Assembly: GCA_009886035.1 (NCBI GenBank)
Contig: VFJN01000084.1
Location: forward strand, 1 to 61,011
Reading direction: 5' to 3'
Length of the DNA stretch: 61,011 nucleotides
DNA from: Actinomycetota bacterium
GTDB taxonomy: Bacteria > Actinomycetota > Acidimicrobiia > Acidimicrobiales > VFJN01
Part shown: positions 1 to 8,344 of the stretch, piece by piece
Layout: each line of letters starts with the position of its first letter
Numbering within the stretch: position 1 is the stretch's first letter
Position numbers and translations under genes: made by a program
Notes under the pieces: generated by a model
Database searches by the model: none
What the model saw: the letters and a program-made list of their open reading frames with translations, nothing else
Told to the model about the DNA's origin: nothing

Positions 1-73
1 CCCGGCGCCGCACCCGACCGCCACCCGGATCACCGCCGTACTGGATCCGTTGCGGTCGATCGAACAAGGCTGA
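1..73 (+). CDS. 3' end of a gene entering the window (partial, unknown product)
   Basis: Open frame from base 2 (PAPHPTATRITAVLDPLRSIEQG) to TGA 71-73 with GC3-rich codons. Confidence 0.4.
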   Translation, partial: PAPHPTATRITAVLDPLRSIEQG

Positions 74-153
74 GCCCCGACGTCGCCACGACGTTGGCCT
101 CCGAACATCACTGTGCCGGTCTGCCGTCGTCACCCCGGCGCCGGGCCGCCCGG

Positions 154-240
154 CTAGCGCAGGAAGAAGAGTTGACCCGCCGCCGCGAACAGAATGATGG
201 CCAGCAGGATGGCCAAGACAAGGGTGGTACCCGGTCTCAT
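154..240 (-). CDS. 28-aa single-pass membrane microprotein MRPGTTLVLAILLAIILFAAAGQLFFLR
   Basis: ATG overlaps the upstream stop (ATGA 240-237); GGAAGGA RBS; hydrophobic helix; too short for the ORF track. Confidence 0.65.
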   Translation of the reverse strand: MRPGTTLVLAILLAIILFAAAGQLFFLR

Positions 241-1103
241 GGTTCCTTCCGCCCTGTAAGGCGCACCGGGGTACCCAGGGGCGAATCCTCATCGGTGGGC
301 GCACACAGCGTCACCTCGGTACCCAGCGGCATGGTCAGCTCCGCGGAGGCGGGGCGCTTGCCCATACACACCGACAGCATTCCGTAACTGTCCAGAACCA
401 GTCCGATCTGACCATCGGCCAGGGCCTCGTAGGTAGTCGCTCGTTCGGCGGTGCGCACATCCTCACCCCATCGCATCTGGATGCGGGGCCCTAGGTGAGC
501 CACATCATCAGGGTCCACATTGAGCTGGCAGTTCCCGTAGTGGTCCACCCACAGCACCTCAGCGATCAGCAGACCGCCATCCTCCTCGCGCATGATCGGC
601 ATCAGGCCGGGAAGCAGCGCGAGGGGGTTGATGGCAGGTCCGAAGGCATCGAGCGGCACGCCCAGGCACAGGTGGGCCGCCGCCGGGGCGAACACATCGC
701 GCCCGGCGAAGGTAGCCCCGGGGGCTGGCAGTTGGAACTCGGGGTTGGTGAGTTCGACCGCCGCCGATGCCCCACCGCTCATGGCCACCGCCGAGGCGAG
801 CAGGCCGTTGTCGGGCCCCACGAGGTAACTCTGGCCACCGCCCACCTCCACCGCCACGGCTCGACGTTCGCTACCCACTCCGGGATCCACCACCGCCAAC
901 ACGACGCCGGGACAGAGGTACTGCGCCGCCCGCCCGAGGGTGAGGGAACCCCCCCGCACGTCATAGGGCCTGATGTCGTGGGTGAGATCAATCACCGACA
1001 CCGCGGGAGCGATGGAGCGAATAACCGACTTCACCACGCCAACGAACTCGTCGGCCGTGCCGTAGTCGGAAAGAAAGGTGATGGTGTCGAAGCGGGCGCC
1101 CAT
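237..1103 (-). CDS. SAM hydrolase / SAM-dependent halogenase family (DUF62) protein
   Basis: FLSDYG, DLTH, VVDPGVGSER, GPDNG, TFAGRDVF, VDHYGN motifs. Confidence 0.9.
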   Translation of the reverse strand: MGARFDTITFLSDYGTADEFVGVVKSVIRSIAPAVSVIDLTHDIRPYDVRGGSLTLGRAAQYLCPGVVLAVVDPGVGSERRAVAVEVGGGQSYLVGPDNGLLASAVAMSGGASAAVELTNPEFQLPAPGATFAGRDVFAPAAAHLCLGVPLDAFGPAINPLALLPGLMPIMREEDGGLLIAEVLWVDHYGNCQLNVDPDDVAHLGPRIQMRWGEDVRTAERATTYEALADGQIGLVLDSYGMLSVCMGKRPASAELTMPLGTEVTLCAPTDEDSPLGTPVRLTGRKEP

Positions 1104-1141
1104 GACGCCCTCTACGGTACCGGCGCCCTAGCCCCGGCCGC

Positions 1142-1342
1142 CTATCCAGCGTCGCTGAAGCGATCCTGGAGGTAGGCGTCGACGTCGTCCTCCCGGATCC
1201 GGTACGACTTCCCGATCCGCGCCGCCCGCAAGTCACCGGACTGAATCAAGCGGTACACGGTCATCGACGACACGCGCAGATGGTCGGCGACCTCTGCGGG
1301 TGTAAGGAACTGAACTCGCGGTGCTATTGCCAAGGAAGGCAC
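1142..1342 (-). CDS. Excisionase/MerR-like HTH DNA-binding protein (Rv0500A-like)
   Basis: FLTPAEVADHLRVSSMTVYRLI...RIGKSYRI; GGAGAGG RBS; located after proC as in other actinobacteria. Confidence 0.85.
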   Translation of the reverse strand: MPSLAIAPRVQFLTPAEVADHLRVSSMTVYRLIQSGDLRAARIGKSYRIREDDVDAYLQDRFSDAG

Positions 1343-1412
1343 CCCTCTCCAAAGGTGTAGGGGAAGCGTACGCGTCTGTGGCTCGTGTGGCTAGTGGGGA
1401 TGTGGGGGCCCC

Positions 1413-2204
1413 TCAGTTCCGGCCTAATTCCCCGCTGCGCGCCGCCGCCGCCGCCACCGCTTCCACAAAGGCGGCCCTCAGGCCGTGGTCCTCCAACACC
1501 CGAAGGCCCTCCGCGGTAGTGCCCCCCGGTGAGGTGACCGCGGCCCGCAGGGCTTCGGGGCTTTGCTCGCCCCGGGCCAGCAGGGTGGCGGCCCCCAGCA
1601 GCGTCTGGATGGACAGCGCCCGGCTCACCTCGGGGGGCAGACCGCAGAGCCCGCCCGCCTCGATGAGGGCTTCCGCCACCAAGAACACATAGGCCGGTCC
1701 AGAACCCGAGAGGCCAGTGACGGCGTCGAGCATGGATTCCTCGACGCGCACGACGGTGCCCACGGCGCCCAGAAGTTCCTCGGCCCAGCGCAGGTCTTCT
1801 TCCCGGGCGTCGCTACCCGGCGCGATGGCTGAAGCACCGAGGCCCACCAGGGCAGGCGTATTGGGCATGGCGCGCACCACGGGGGTGCCATCGGGGAGAT
1901 TGGTTTCCACTGTCGCAATGGTGACCCCGGCGGCAATCGACAGCACCCGACCCGGCCCGGCGGCGCCGGCGATCCGGCACACACCGGCGACGTCTCCCGG
2001 TTTCACCGCGATCACCGTGCCCGCCGCCTCACCGGGGGTGCCCGCGAGGTCGATGCCGGGAAAGATCTGCGCCAACGCCTCGCATCGGGCGGCATCCGGT
2101 TCCACGATGCGAACATCGACCACACGGCGCCCGCCCGCTCGAAGCAAGCCGGCTACCAGGGCCTCGCCCATCCGGCCCCCACCGATGATTTGGAGGTCAA
2201 TCAT
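1413..2204 (-). CDS. proC: Pyrroline-5-carboxylate reductase
   Basis: GGGRMG, RAMPNTP, GSGPAY, VTSPGGTT. Confidence 0.95.
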   Translation of the reverse strand: MIDLQIIGGGRMGEALVAGLLRAGGRRVVDVRIVEPDAARCEALAQIFPGIDLAGTPGEAAGTVIAVKPGDVAGVCRIAGAAGPGRVLSIAAGVTIATVETNLPDGTPVVRAMPNTPALVGLGASAIAPGSDAREEDLRWAEELLGAVGTVVRVEESMLDAVTGLSGSGPAYVFLVAEALIEAGGLCGLPPEVSRALSIQTLLGAATLLARGEQSPEALRAAVTSPGGTTAEGLRVLEDHGLRAAFVEAVAAAAARSGELGRN

Positions 2205-2248
2205 CCTTCCAATCTATCCGCCCACCGGAGGCACCACGGAGCCTCGGG

Positions 2249-2359
2249 CCCGCCCCGAGCAGCGCCAGGGGCGGGGCGGGGCGGCGATCGCGGCGGACGG
2301 GAGGAGGCCTCGCTCACCCCTTCCCCGATCGGGTGCTGTCGGGGCCACTCCCGCCGCCG
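2249..2359 (-). ncRNA. Candidate small RNA (two hairpins) between ybjN and proC
   Basis: Long imperfect hairpin 2291-2359 starts at the predicted TSS of a consensus-like promoter; second hairpin 2249-2280; no credible ORF. Confidence 0.45.
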
Positions 2360-2365
2360 AGAGTC

Positions 2366-2394
2366 AACGTAGATCAGAACAACATGAAAGGCAA
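2366..2394 (-). promoter_or_regulatory. Sigma-A-type promoter TTGCCT-N17-TACGTT
   Basis: -35 at 2394-2389, -10 at 2371-2366, AT-rich 17-nt spacer. Confidence 0.65.
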
Positions 2395-2398
2395 TGAA

Positions 2399-2863
2399 TC
2401 AGTCTGAAAAACGGGAAGCGAAGCCAATCCGCAGGGCGGGCCGAAAGTACTGCTCGACCCAGGCGTACAAGGAGCCCAGCAGGCGATCGAGTTCCTCGGT
2501 GGTTACGGAGCGGTTGTCGAGTTGGCCCACGAGAAAGACCGCCTCCTCAACGCCGATGCAGAACGCCGCGCCATAGAGCCGCCGATTGCGACGCAGCAGG
2601 TGCTCGTAGAACAACGCGTGGTTCTCCTCCGGCGCCGGCATGACGTACGTCTCGTAGTGCAGGGTGCGCTGCTGCAGGTGAAACCACACCGTGAAAACGT
2701 CCTTGGCCTCGCCGGTAACCCGCACAAACCAGCGGCGTTCGCCCGATTCGCGATCTCGCTCGACGGCCACAACCAGGGGGTTCTCGCGCAACTGTTCGGC
2801 CAACCAATCGCTGATCCGGTGGTCGAGAGCCTGGAGATCCTCCGGCGTGGATGGCATGGACAT
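2399..2863 (-). CDS. YbjN domain protein
   Basis: YVMPAPEENH, LLRRN, ELDRLLG; conserved position after mshA; leaderless TAGGTT-N6-ATG. Confidence 0.8.
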   Translation of the reverse strand: MSMPSTPEDLQALDHRISDWLAEQLRENPLVVAVERDRESGERRWFVRVTGEAKDVFTVWFHLQQRTLHYETYVMPAPEENHALFYEHLLRRNRRLYGAAFCIGVEEAVFLVGQLDNRSVTTEELDRLLGSLYAWVEQYFRPALRIGFASRFSD

Positions 2864-2907
2864 GCCCTGAACCTACCGGCGAAATGCGCCGGCGGGCACC
2901 GCCGCGA

Positions 2908-4125
2908 TCAGCGGCAGTCGACGAGGCTGCGGGCGGTGATGTCGCTGTAGATGCGTCGTAGCCGGGCCGCTGCGATGGACCAGGTGTAGCGCTGGGCCGA
3001 ACGGGCCGCTCGTTCGGAGAACTCGGCGGCGAGCCCCGGCGAGCGGAGGATCTGATCCGTGCGGGCGGCGAAAACGGCTGGGTCCCGCCCTTCCACGAGA
3101 AACCCGGTACGACCGTCTTCGATAAGGGTGCGCAATCCACCGACGGCGGCGGCCACCACCGGGGTACCGCAGGCGGCGGCTTCCAGCGCCACCAGCCCGA
3201 AGGACTCGGAACGGCTCGGCACCAGCACCACATCGGCCGCCCGGTAGTAGGTGGAGAGGAGGTGATGCGATACCGGCTCGATGAAACGTAACTGGTCCGC
3301 CACCCCCAGATCGGCGGCGAGGTGGTGGATGCGTTCGACCTCAGCCCCGCCTTCCGCTCCGCTGGAGCCGCCCACGATCACCAGCGTCGCATCGAGACGT
3401 TCCAGCGCCGCCAGGGCGCGCACCGCCACGTCAAGGCCCTTCAAGGGCTGGATGCGTCCCACGAACAACAACACCGGTCCCTCGTCCAACCTCAGGTGCG
3501 CCAACGCCAGCCGAGCCCCCACACGGTCTCCGGGGGAGAAAAAGGCATGATCCACGGCGGGGGGCACGATCTCGATGCGCTGTGGATCGGCACCGTAGAG
3601 ACGCACCAGTTGGTCCACCTCCGCTACGCCGTTGGCCAGAATCGCATCGGAGCAGCCGATGACGGCGGCCTCGGCCCGCACCCGACGCTCCGGTTCGGGA
3701 TCCCCCGTCTCCGCCTTTACCCGGGCGAGGGTGTGAAAGGTGGACACCAGCGGCAGATCCAGTTCGTGTTTGAGTTGATGAGCCGCCACCCCGGACAGCC
3801 AGTAATTGGCGTGGAGGGCATCGACGTCGCGGCGAGCGGCGAGGTGAGCCCGAACGCCGTCGGCAAAGACCTCAACCACGTCGGGCAGTTGCTCCTTGGC
3901 CAACTCGAGCGGACCGGCCTCAATGTGCACCACCCGGAACCCGGGCTCTACCTCCACGATTTCGGGGCCGTCTTCCCAACGCCGCGTGAACACATCGGTC
4001 TGAACCCCAGCCTGGGCCAGAGCCGAGACCATCTCACGGACGTACACGTTCATGCCGCCGCTATCGCCCTGACCGGGCTGGGCGAGCGGCGAAGTGTGCA
4101 GCGAAAGGACGGCGAGACGGCGCAT
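2908..4125 (-). CDS. mshA: D-inositol-3-phosphate glycosyltransferase (mycothiol synthesis, GT4)
   Basis: HTSPLAQPGQGDSGGMNVY, YWLSG, TFHTL, GRIQPLKG, SESFGLVALEA. Confidence 0.9.
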   Translation of the reverse strand: MRRLAVLSLHTSPLAQPGQGDSGGMNVYVREMVSALAQAGVQTDVFTRRWEDGPEIVEVEPGFRVVHIEAGPLELAKEQLPDVVEVFADGVRAHLAARRDVDALHANYWLSGVAAHQLKHELDLPLVSTFHTLARVKAETGDPEPERRVRAEAAVIGCSDAILANGVAEVDQLVRLYGADPQRIEIVPPAVDHAFFSPGDRVGARLALAHLRLDEGPVLLFVGRIQPLKGLDVAVRALAALERLDATLVIVGGSSGAEGGAEVERIHHLAADLGVADQLRFIEPVSHHLLSTYYRAADVVLVPSRSESFGLVALEAAACGTPVVAAAVGGLRTLIEDGRTGFLVEGRDPAVFAARTDQILRSPGLAAEFSERAARSAQRYTWSIAAARLRRIYSDITARSLVDCR

Positions 4126-4143
4126 GGAAGGTACCGCCGGTCT

Positions 4144-4536
4144 CTAACGCTGAAAATCGGCGAGTTCTTCCACGCCTAGTCCGAAACTGGCTTTGTTCTC
4201 CCGTTGGAAAGAGTCATAAATCCTGATGAGGGTCTTCTTTTGTTCCTCAGAAAGCTCCGGAGCCCGCCGGATCTCGCCGACGAGATCGGCGCCATCCCGC
4301 TCGTCGAGAATCCCGGCCCGGATATAGAGCGTCTCCGAGGAGATCTCCAGCGCTCGGGCAATCTGCTGCAGTATCTCCACCGACGGCTTGCGCAGGCCCC
4401 GCTCGATCTGGCTCAAGTAGGGATTGGAGATCCCGGCCATCTCGCTCAACTTTCGCAGCGAAAGATGATCGCGGTGACGTTGGTCGCGAATAAACTCGCC
4501 CAAGTCCCGCCACCGGTTCTCCAGTTCTTCCTTCAC
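4144..4536 (-). CDS. XRE-family transcriptional regulator (Rv0474-like)
   Basis: LGEFIR..R....SLRKLSEMAGISNPYLSQIERGLRKPS. Confidence 0.9.
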   Translation of the reverse strand: MKEELENRWRDLGEFIRDQRHRDHLSLRKLSEMAGISNPYLSQIERGLRKPSVEILQQIARALEISSETLYIRAGILDERDGADLVGEIRRAPELSEEQKKTLIRIYDSFQRENKASFGLGVEELADFQR

Positions 4537-4593
4537 CCCCGAGACGCTACGCGACCAGCGCTAGCAATCCATAGTCGGGGGTTAGCGCTCGGG

Positions 4594-5124
4594 TTAGAGG
4601 AGCGAGTCCACCGATGCCTCGCCGGTCTTGTAGCGACGGGTGATCTCGGCCTGAAGGGCATCGATCGTCCCGAACAACGCGTGGCGTTGACCCGACACCT
4701 TCACCTCAAGTTCCGCCAGCCGGTCGGTGATGCTGCGGAGTTGTTCGTCGGTCTGCGCCGACAACTGCGACAAACCACTGCCGCCGATGATGGCATCGAG
4801 TTCGGCTTCGAAGTCGGCGGGGAGATCACCCGGCGACATCATCTGGGGGAGCCGACCCAGGCCGGGCGCGTGAGTGCGATCAGACAGAACCTCCGGCAAG
4901 CGGGCAATGAGATCGGCCAGGTCAGCCGGGTCGTCGCCGTTGGCCCGACGCGTGAGTTCGATCCCCACAATATCCAGCCGGCCCTGCACCAGACGGCGAA
5001 GCAGTGACAGGCCCGTCTCCACCTGCTGGCACTCAGCCCGCATCGCCCGTACCTCCTCCATGGGCCGCGCCGGCAGATCGCCGAGGTAGCCGGGATCAAG
5101 GAGAAGGGCGAGATCTGCTGCCAT
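4594..5124 (-). CDS. rsiG: RsiG/AmfC-family c-di-GMP-binding anti-sigma factor
   Basis: ETGLSLLRRLVQGRLD fits E-x3-S-x2-R-x3-Q-x3-D; second motif degenerate; C-terminal RRYKTGEASVDSLL. Confidence 0.8.
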   Translation of the reverse strand: MAADLALLLDPGYLGDLPARPMEEVRAMRAECQQVETGLSLLRRLVQGRLDIVGIELTRRANGDDPADLADLIARLPEVLSDRTHAPGLGRLPQMMSPGDLPADFEAELDAIIGGSGLSQLSAQTDEQLRSITDRLAELEVKVSGQRHALFGTIDALQAEITRRYKTGEASVDSLL

Positions 5125-5181
5125 GGTGCTGATGCTACTCCTCTAGTGGAATCGACTGAGGCACGGCCTACCATTAGTCGC

Positions 5182-5550
5182 ATGCGCCACCGTCTTGCTT
5201 ACCTTGCGGCCCTTGCGACCTGCAGCACCGTCCTGCTCGGATGCAGCAGTTCGTCAAACGAGAGCGCCAAAGGGTGCACCCCCACGTCCCAGGTGGCGGT
5301 AACCGGCAACAACGCCTTGAAGTTCGACCAGGAGCGTTATGAAACAACGGCGGGCTGTGTCGAGTTCACCTACCTGAACACGGGACAAACTCCCCATACG
5401 TTGCTGATCAAGAACAACGACGAGCTCATGCTCCAGATCGGCACTTCGGATCGAGGAACCGCGGAACTTGAGGCGGGCCAGTACACGCTCTACTGCAACA
5501 TCACCGGCCATGAGTCGGCCGGCATGGTGGCGGAGCTCATCGTTACCTGA
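5182..5550 (+). CDS. Cupredoxin (type-1 copper) lipoprotein
   Basis: Lipobox LLGC; PHT...YCNITGHESAGM ligand set; TACCAT-N7-ATG start. Confidence 0.8.
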   Translation: MRHRLAYLAALATCSTVLLGCSSSSNESAKGCTPTSQVAVTGNNALKFDQERYETTAGCVEFTYLNTGQTPHTLLIKNNDELMLQIGTSDRGTAELEAGQYTLYCNITGHESAGMVAELIVT

Positions 5551-5563
5551 ACCTCCCGGGGGG

Positions 5564-6310
5564 TCAGACCGGGAGAAGGATCTCCCAGCCGATGATCCAG
5601 ATGACCACCAGGAGAGTGAAACCGGCGATGATGGTGTGCTTGTGCTTGTCGAAGGCCAGGGTATTGAACGGGCTGTCGAAGCCGCCGATGAGCCCGAGCG
5701 CCGAAGCCTCGATGAACCCGAACAGCGCTAGTACGACGACCCAGTAGACGACGGTGCCACCGATTTGGGCAGGGTAGAACCCACCGCCGTGGGCCGTGAA
5801 CACCATGAACCAGAGCATCGGGATCGAAAACACGGTGTTGCAGCGCGAAGCACGGGCGGCCTTTTTGGCCGCCGCCGGCGCAGCTGGATTGGCGGTACCA
5901 CCGGCGGCCACCGTCTCGGCGTTGCCGATCACGATCTTCTGGTTGCGCCAGATCACCCCCCACACGTTCAGGAACATGGTGATGCCAAAGAGCATCCCCG
6001 TGAGGATCGCCACGCCGGACGGACCGGTGAGGTAGTTGGAGTTTGTGTCGCTGCTCGCGACCCCCACCAGGATAAGGCCCGTGGCGAAGGTGAGCAGCGC
6101 GGCATAGCGGAACCACCACAGCGCCCGGAAGGTCAGCTTCCGCAGTGCCTCGGAGCGGGCCCCATCGGACAGTTCGGCAAACGCCGGGACCTGCACGAAG
6201 TTGAAGAAGTAGAGCAGGCCGATCCAGGTGATGCCGAAGAGGACGTGGGACGCCCGCCCCAACATCGATAGCGCCCCATTGGCCTCGAAGAAATTATTGA
6301 AGAGTTCCAC
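5564..6310 (-). CDS. PuuD/Urate_ox_N-like membrane protein without a cytochrome c domain
   Basis: HVLFGITWIGLLYFFNFVQ, ALWWFR, NVWGVIWRNQK, SRCNT motifs; GTG 6310 after AGGA (alternative ATG 6319). Confidence 0.7.
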   Translation of the reverse strand: MELFNNFFEANGALSMLGRASHVLFGITWIGLLYFFNFVQVPAFAELSDGARSEALRKLTFRALWWFRYAALLTFATGLILVGVASSDTNSNYLTGPSGVAILTGMLFGITMFLNVWGVIWRNQKIVIGNAETVAAGGTANPAAPAAAKKAARASRCNTVFSIPMLWFMVFTAHGGGFYPAQIGGTVVYWVVVLALFGFIEASALGLIGGFDSPFNTLAFDKHKHTIIAGFTLLVVIWIIGWEILLPV

Positions 6311-6346
6311 GGTGCACATCCTGTTGTTGTTCGACGGACCCGCAGC

Positions 6347-6375
6347 AACCTAGCGACCCAGACACGCCGGCTCAA
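6347..6375 (-). promoter_or_regulatory. Sigma-A-type promoter TTGAGC-N17-TAGGTT for the puuD-like gene
   Basis: Hexamers at 6375-6370 and 6352-6347. Confidence 0.55.
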
Positions 6376-6478
6376 CCATCGCGGGTAACTCCCGGGCCAT
6401 GGCTGACCACCCTCCTCCCCCTGAGCCCACCCCAACAGATCTCCCGTGGATGCATCCCGCCCCGGCCATCCCGCCTCC

Positions 6479-7288
6479 TCAGAGAACGAGCCCGATCCCC
6501 CAGCACCCCACCGGCGCCAGGAGCAGCAGGGAGTCGATCCGGCGAAGTGCCGAAGCCGGACCGGCCGCAGTGGGGAGCAGGGCCGACGCCACCACCTGCC
6601 CCGCCGGTGCCCCCACGGCCACCAAGAGGCCGAAGATCCACGAATCGCCAAAACTCAACGTAGAAAGAGGCGTGGTCGACACGATAAAGGTGATCACCAC
6701 TACCGCCACGAGGCCCGCCGCCGGGCCTTCATAGGGAGTTCTCGCCCCGGAGCCCACGATGTAGTCGCCGATCTCGTAGGCCGACACCAGCAACAGCAGC
6801 GCCAGGGCCGAGCCCTGATCAAGCCGATCCAGCAACACCATCGACAGCCCCACCAGCCCGGGGAACAGGCCACACTGAATCGTCCAGCCGACATCGACAA
6901 CGATGGCATGGGGCGACTTCCAATCACCCCCCGCCACCACGCCCGCCACCACCACCCCGGCCAGCAGGGCGACTCCGGCGGCGGCGGCACCGAGGACGGC
7001 GCCCGCCGCCATCGCCCCGGCCATTCCAGCCGCCACTACTTCGTTGGGGCGAGCGCCCCCTCGACGCCAACAACGGGCTGATTGGGCGGCGGCCGCTGCC
7101 GCCATTCCCCCGTACACAATGGCGGTGGGAAGCGGGCCCACCGTCAACGCCGCCCCCGCCGCCAGGAACCAGACGATGCCCAGGCGCACACGCGGGCCGG
7201 CGGTGTCGTAGGGCACGGCGTAACGGCGCGTCGCCCGTCGAGATCGCGGGGCAGGACCGGCCCGACGGGCGCGGGCGGACTTCGCCAT
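6479..7288 (-). CDS. Degenerate phosphatidate cytidylyltransferase (CdsA)-like membrane protein
   Basis: Multi-TM; remnants AYEIGDYIVG..YEG, GQVVAS, LRRIDS; TGATG coupling to the upstream gene. Confidence 0.6.
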   Translation of the reverse strand: MAKSARARRAGPAPRSRRATRRYAVPYDTAGPRVRLGIVWFLAAGAALTVGPLPTAIVYGGMAAAAAAQSARCWRRGGARPNEVVAAGMAGAMAAGAVLGAAAAGVALLAGVVVAGVVAGGDWKSPHAIVVDVGWTIQCGLFPGLVGLSMVLLDRLDQGSALALLLLVSAYEIGDYIVGSGARTPYEGPAAGLVAVVVITFIVSTTPLSTLSFGDSWIFGLLVAVGAPAGQVVASALLPTAAGPASALRRIDSLLLLAPVGCWGIGLVL

Positions 7289-7530
7289 CAGGCCATGCCT
7301 CCCGACACCGGTGGCAGCACAGCCACCTCGTCGGCATCTCCCACCGCATCGTTGGCGGCACACGGCTCGCCGTTACACCAGATCTGACAATGGTCCAGAA
7401 CCGCGGTGAAGGCGTCGCCATAGCGATCTTGGGCCGCCTTGAGCACCGCCGCCACGGTGGCGCCTGGCACCTCATCGCGGCCGGTGCCGGCGGCGTCCCG
7501 GGCACCGGCGAACAGTCGTAATACAGCCAT
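7288..7530 (-). CDS. MoaD/ThiS-family sulfur carrier (ubiquitin-like) ending GG-MA
   Basis: LRLFAGARDAAG...DEVAVLPPVSGGMA; GGAGG RBS. Confidence 0.85.
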   Translation of the reverse strand: MAVLRLFAGARDAAGTGRDEVPGATVAAVLKAAQDRYGDAFTAVLDHCQIWCNGEPCAANDAVGDADEVAVLPPVSGGMA

Positions 7531-7654
7531 CGCAGCCACCTCCTCCGGTCCGGTCGCCCTCGCTGATCGTAGCGAGACCACGGGGCGGCCCGATCACCCG
7601 GCGGGGAACGGCGAAGGTTGAGACAGATCCCGCCCGCCTTGTACGTTTCCGGGC

Positions 7655-8299
7655 ATGACAAGAGTGCTGCTGGTGCGCCACGGCCAGTCGGAATGGAATG
7701 CCAGTGGCCGTTGGCAGGGGCAGGCCGACCCGCCGCTCACCGATCTCGGACGTCGGCAGGCCGCCCACGCCGTGGCCGGCGTTCGCCAGGCCCGGATGGA
7801 TTCCATCGTGGCTTCCCACCTGCAGCGAGCCCAGGAAACCGCCGCGATCATCAACGACGGATTGGACATCGGGCCCGTGGCGACGGAACCCAATCTCTGC
7901 GAGCGCGACGCCGGCGAATGGACCGGCCTCACCAGAGTGCAGATCGAAGAGGCGTGGCCCGGTTACCTCGACCGCCCCCACCGGCGCCAGGAGGCCACCG
8001 ACTCCAGCCCGACGCCCCCCCGGCGACCACCGAGGTGGGAATCGGATCACGCGCTCCTCGAGCGAGTGACCGGCGCCCTCTCCACCCTCTACGACCAGGC
8101 ACCCGATGGCCGGGTGCTGGTGATCACCCACGGCGGCGTCATCTACGCCATCGAACAGCGGTTGAACGGCGGCTTCAATCCCATGGCCAACCTCATGGGC
8201 CGTTGGGTCGAGATTGGCTCGGGGGGCACGCTCATCTCCCTCGGCGAGCGGGTCACCCTCGTCGATCCCGACGAGGTAACCATCCCCGCCGGCATCTAA
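7655..8299 (+). CDS. Histidine phosphatase (phosphoglycerate mutase) family protein
   Basis: LVRHGQSEWN, RAQETA, ITHGG. Confidence 0.9.
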   Translation: MTRVLLVRHGQSEWNASGRWQGQADPPLTDLGRRQAAHAVAGVRQARMDSIVASHLQRAQETAAIINDGLDIGPVATEPNLCERDAGEWTGLTRVQIEEAWPGYLDRPHRRQEATDSSPTPPRRPPRWESDHALLERVTGALSTLYDQAPDGRVLVITHGGVIYAIEQRLNGGFNPMANLMGRWVEIGSGGTLISLGERVTLVDPDEVTIPAGI

Positions 8300-8344
8300 G
8301 CCGATCCCCACCAGTGTCCTACCCCCGTCGGTACTGTCGAGGAC

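Noticed and set aside
1104-1141. Expected bS22 (Rv0500B-like) gene after the HTH gene
   Set aside because: No Lys/Arg-rich ORF in the 38-bp gap.
6350-6400. 16-aa ORF MARELPAMVEPACLGR upstream of the puuD-like gene
   Set aside because: It overlaps the predicted promoter hexamers; no other support.
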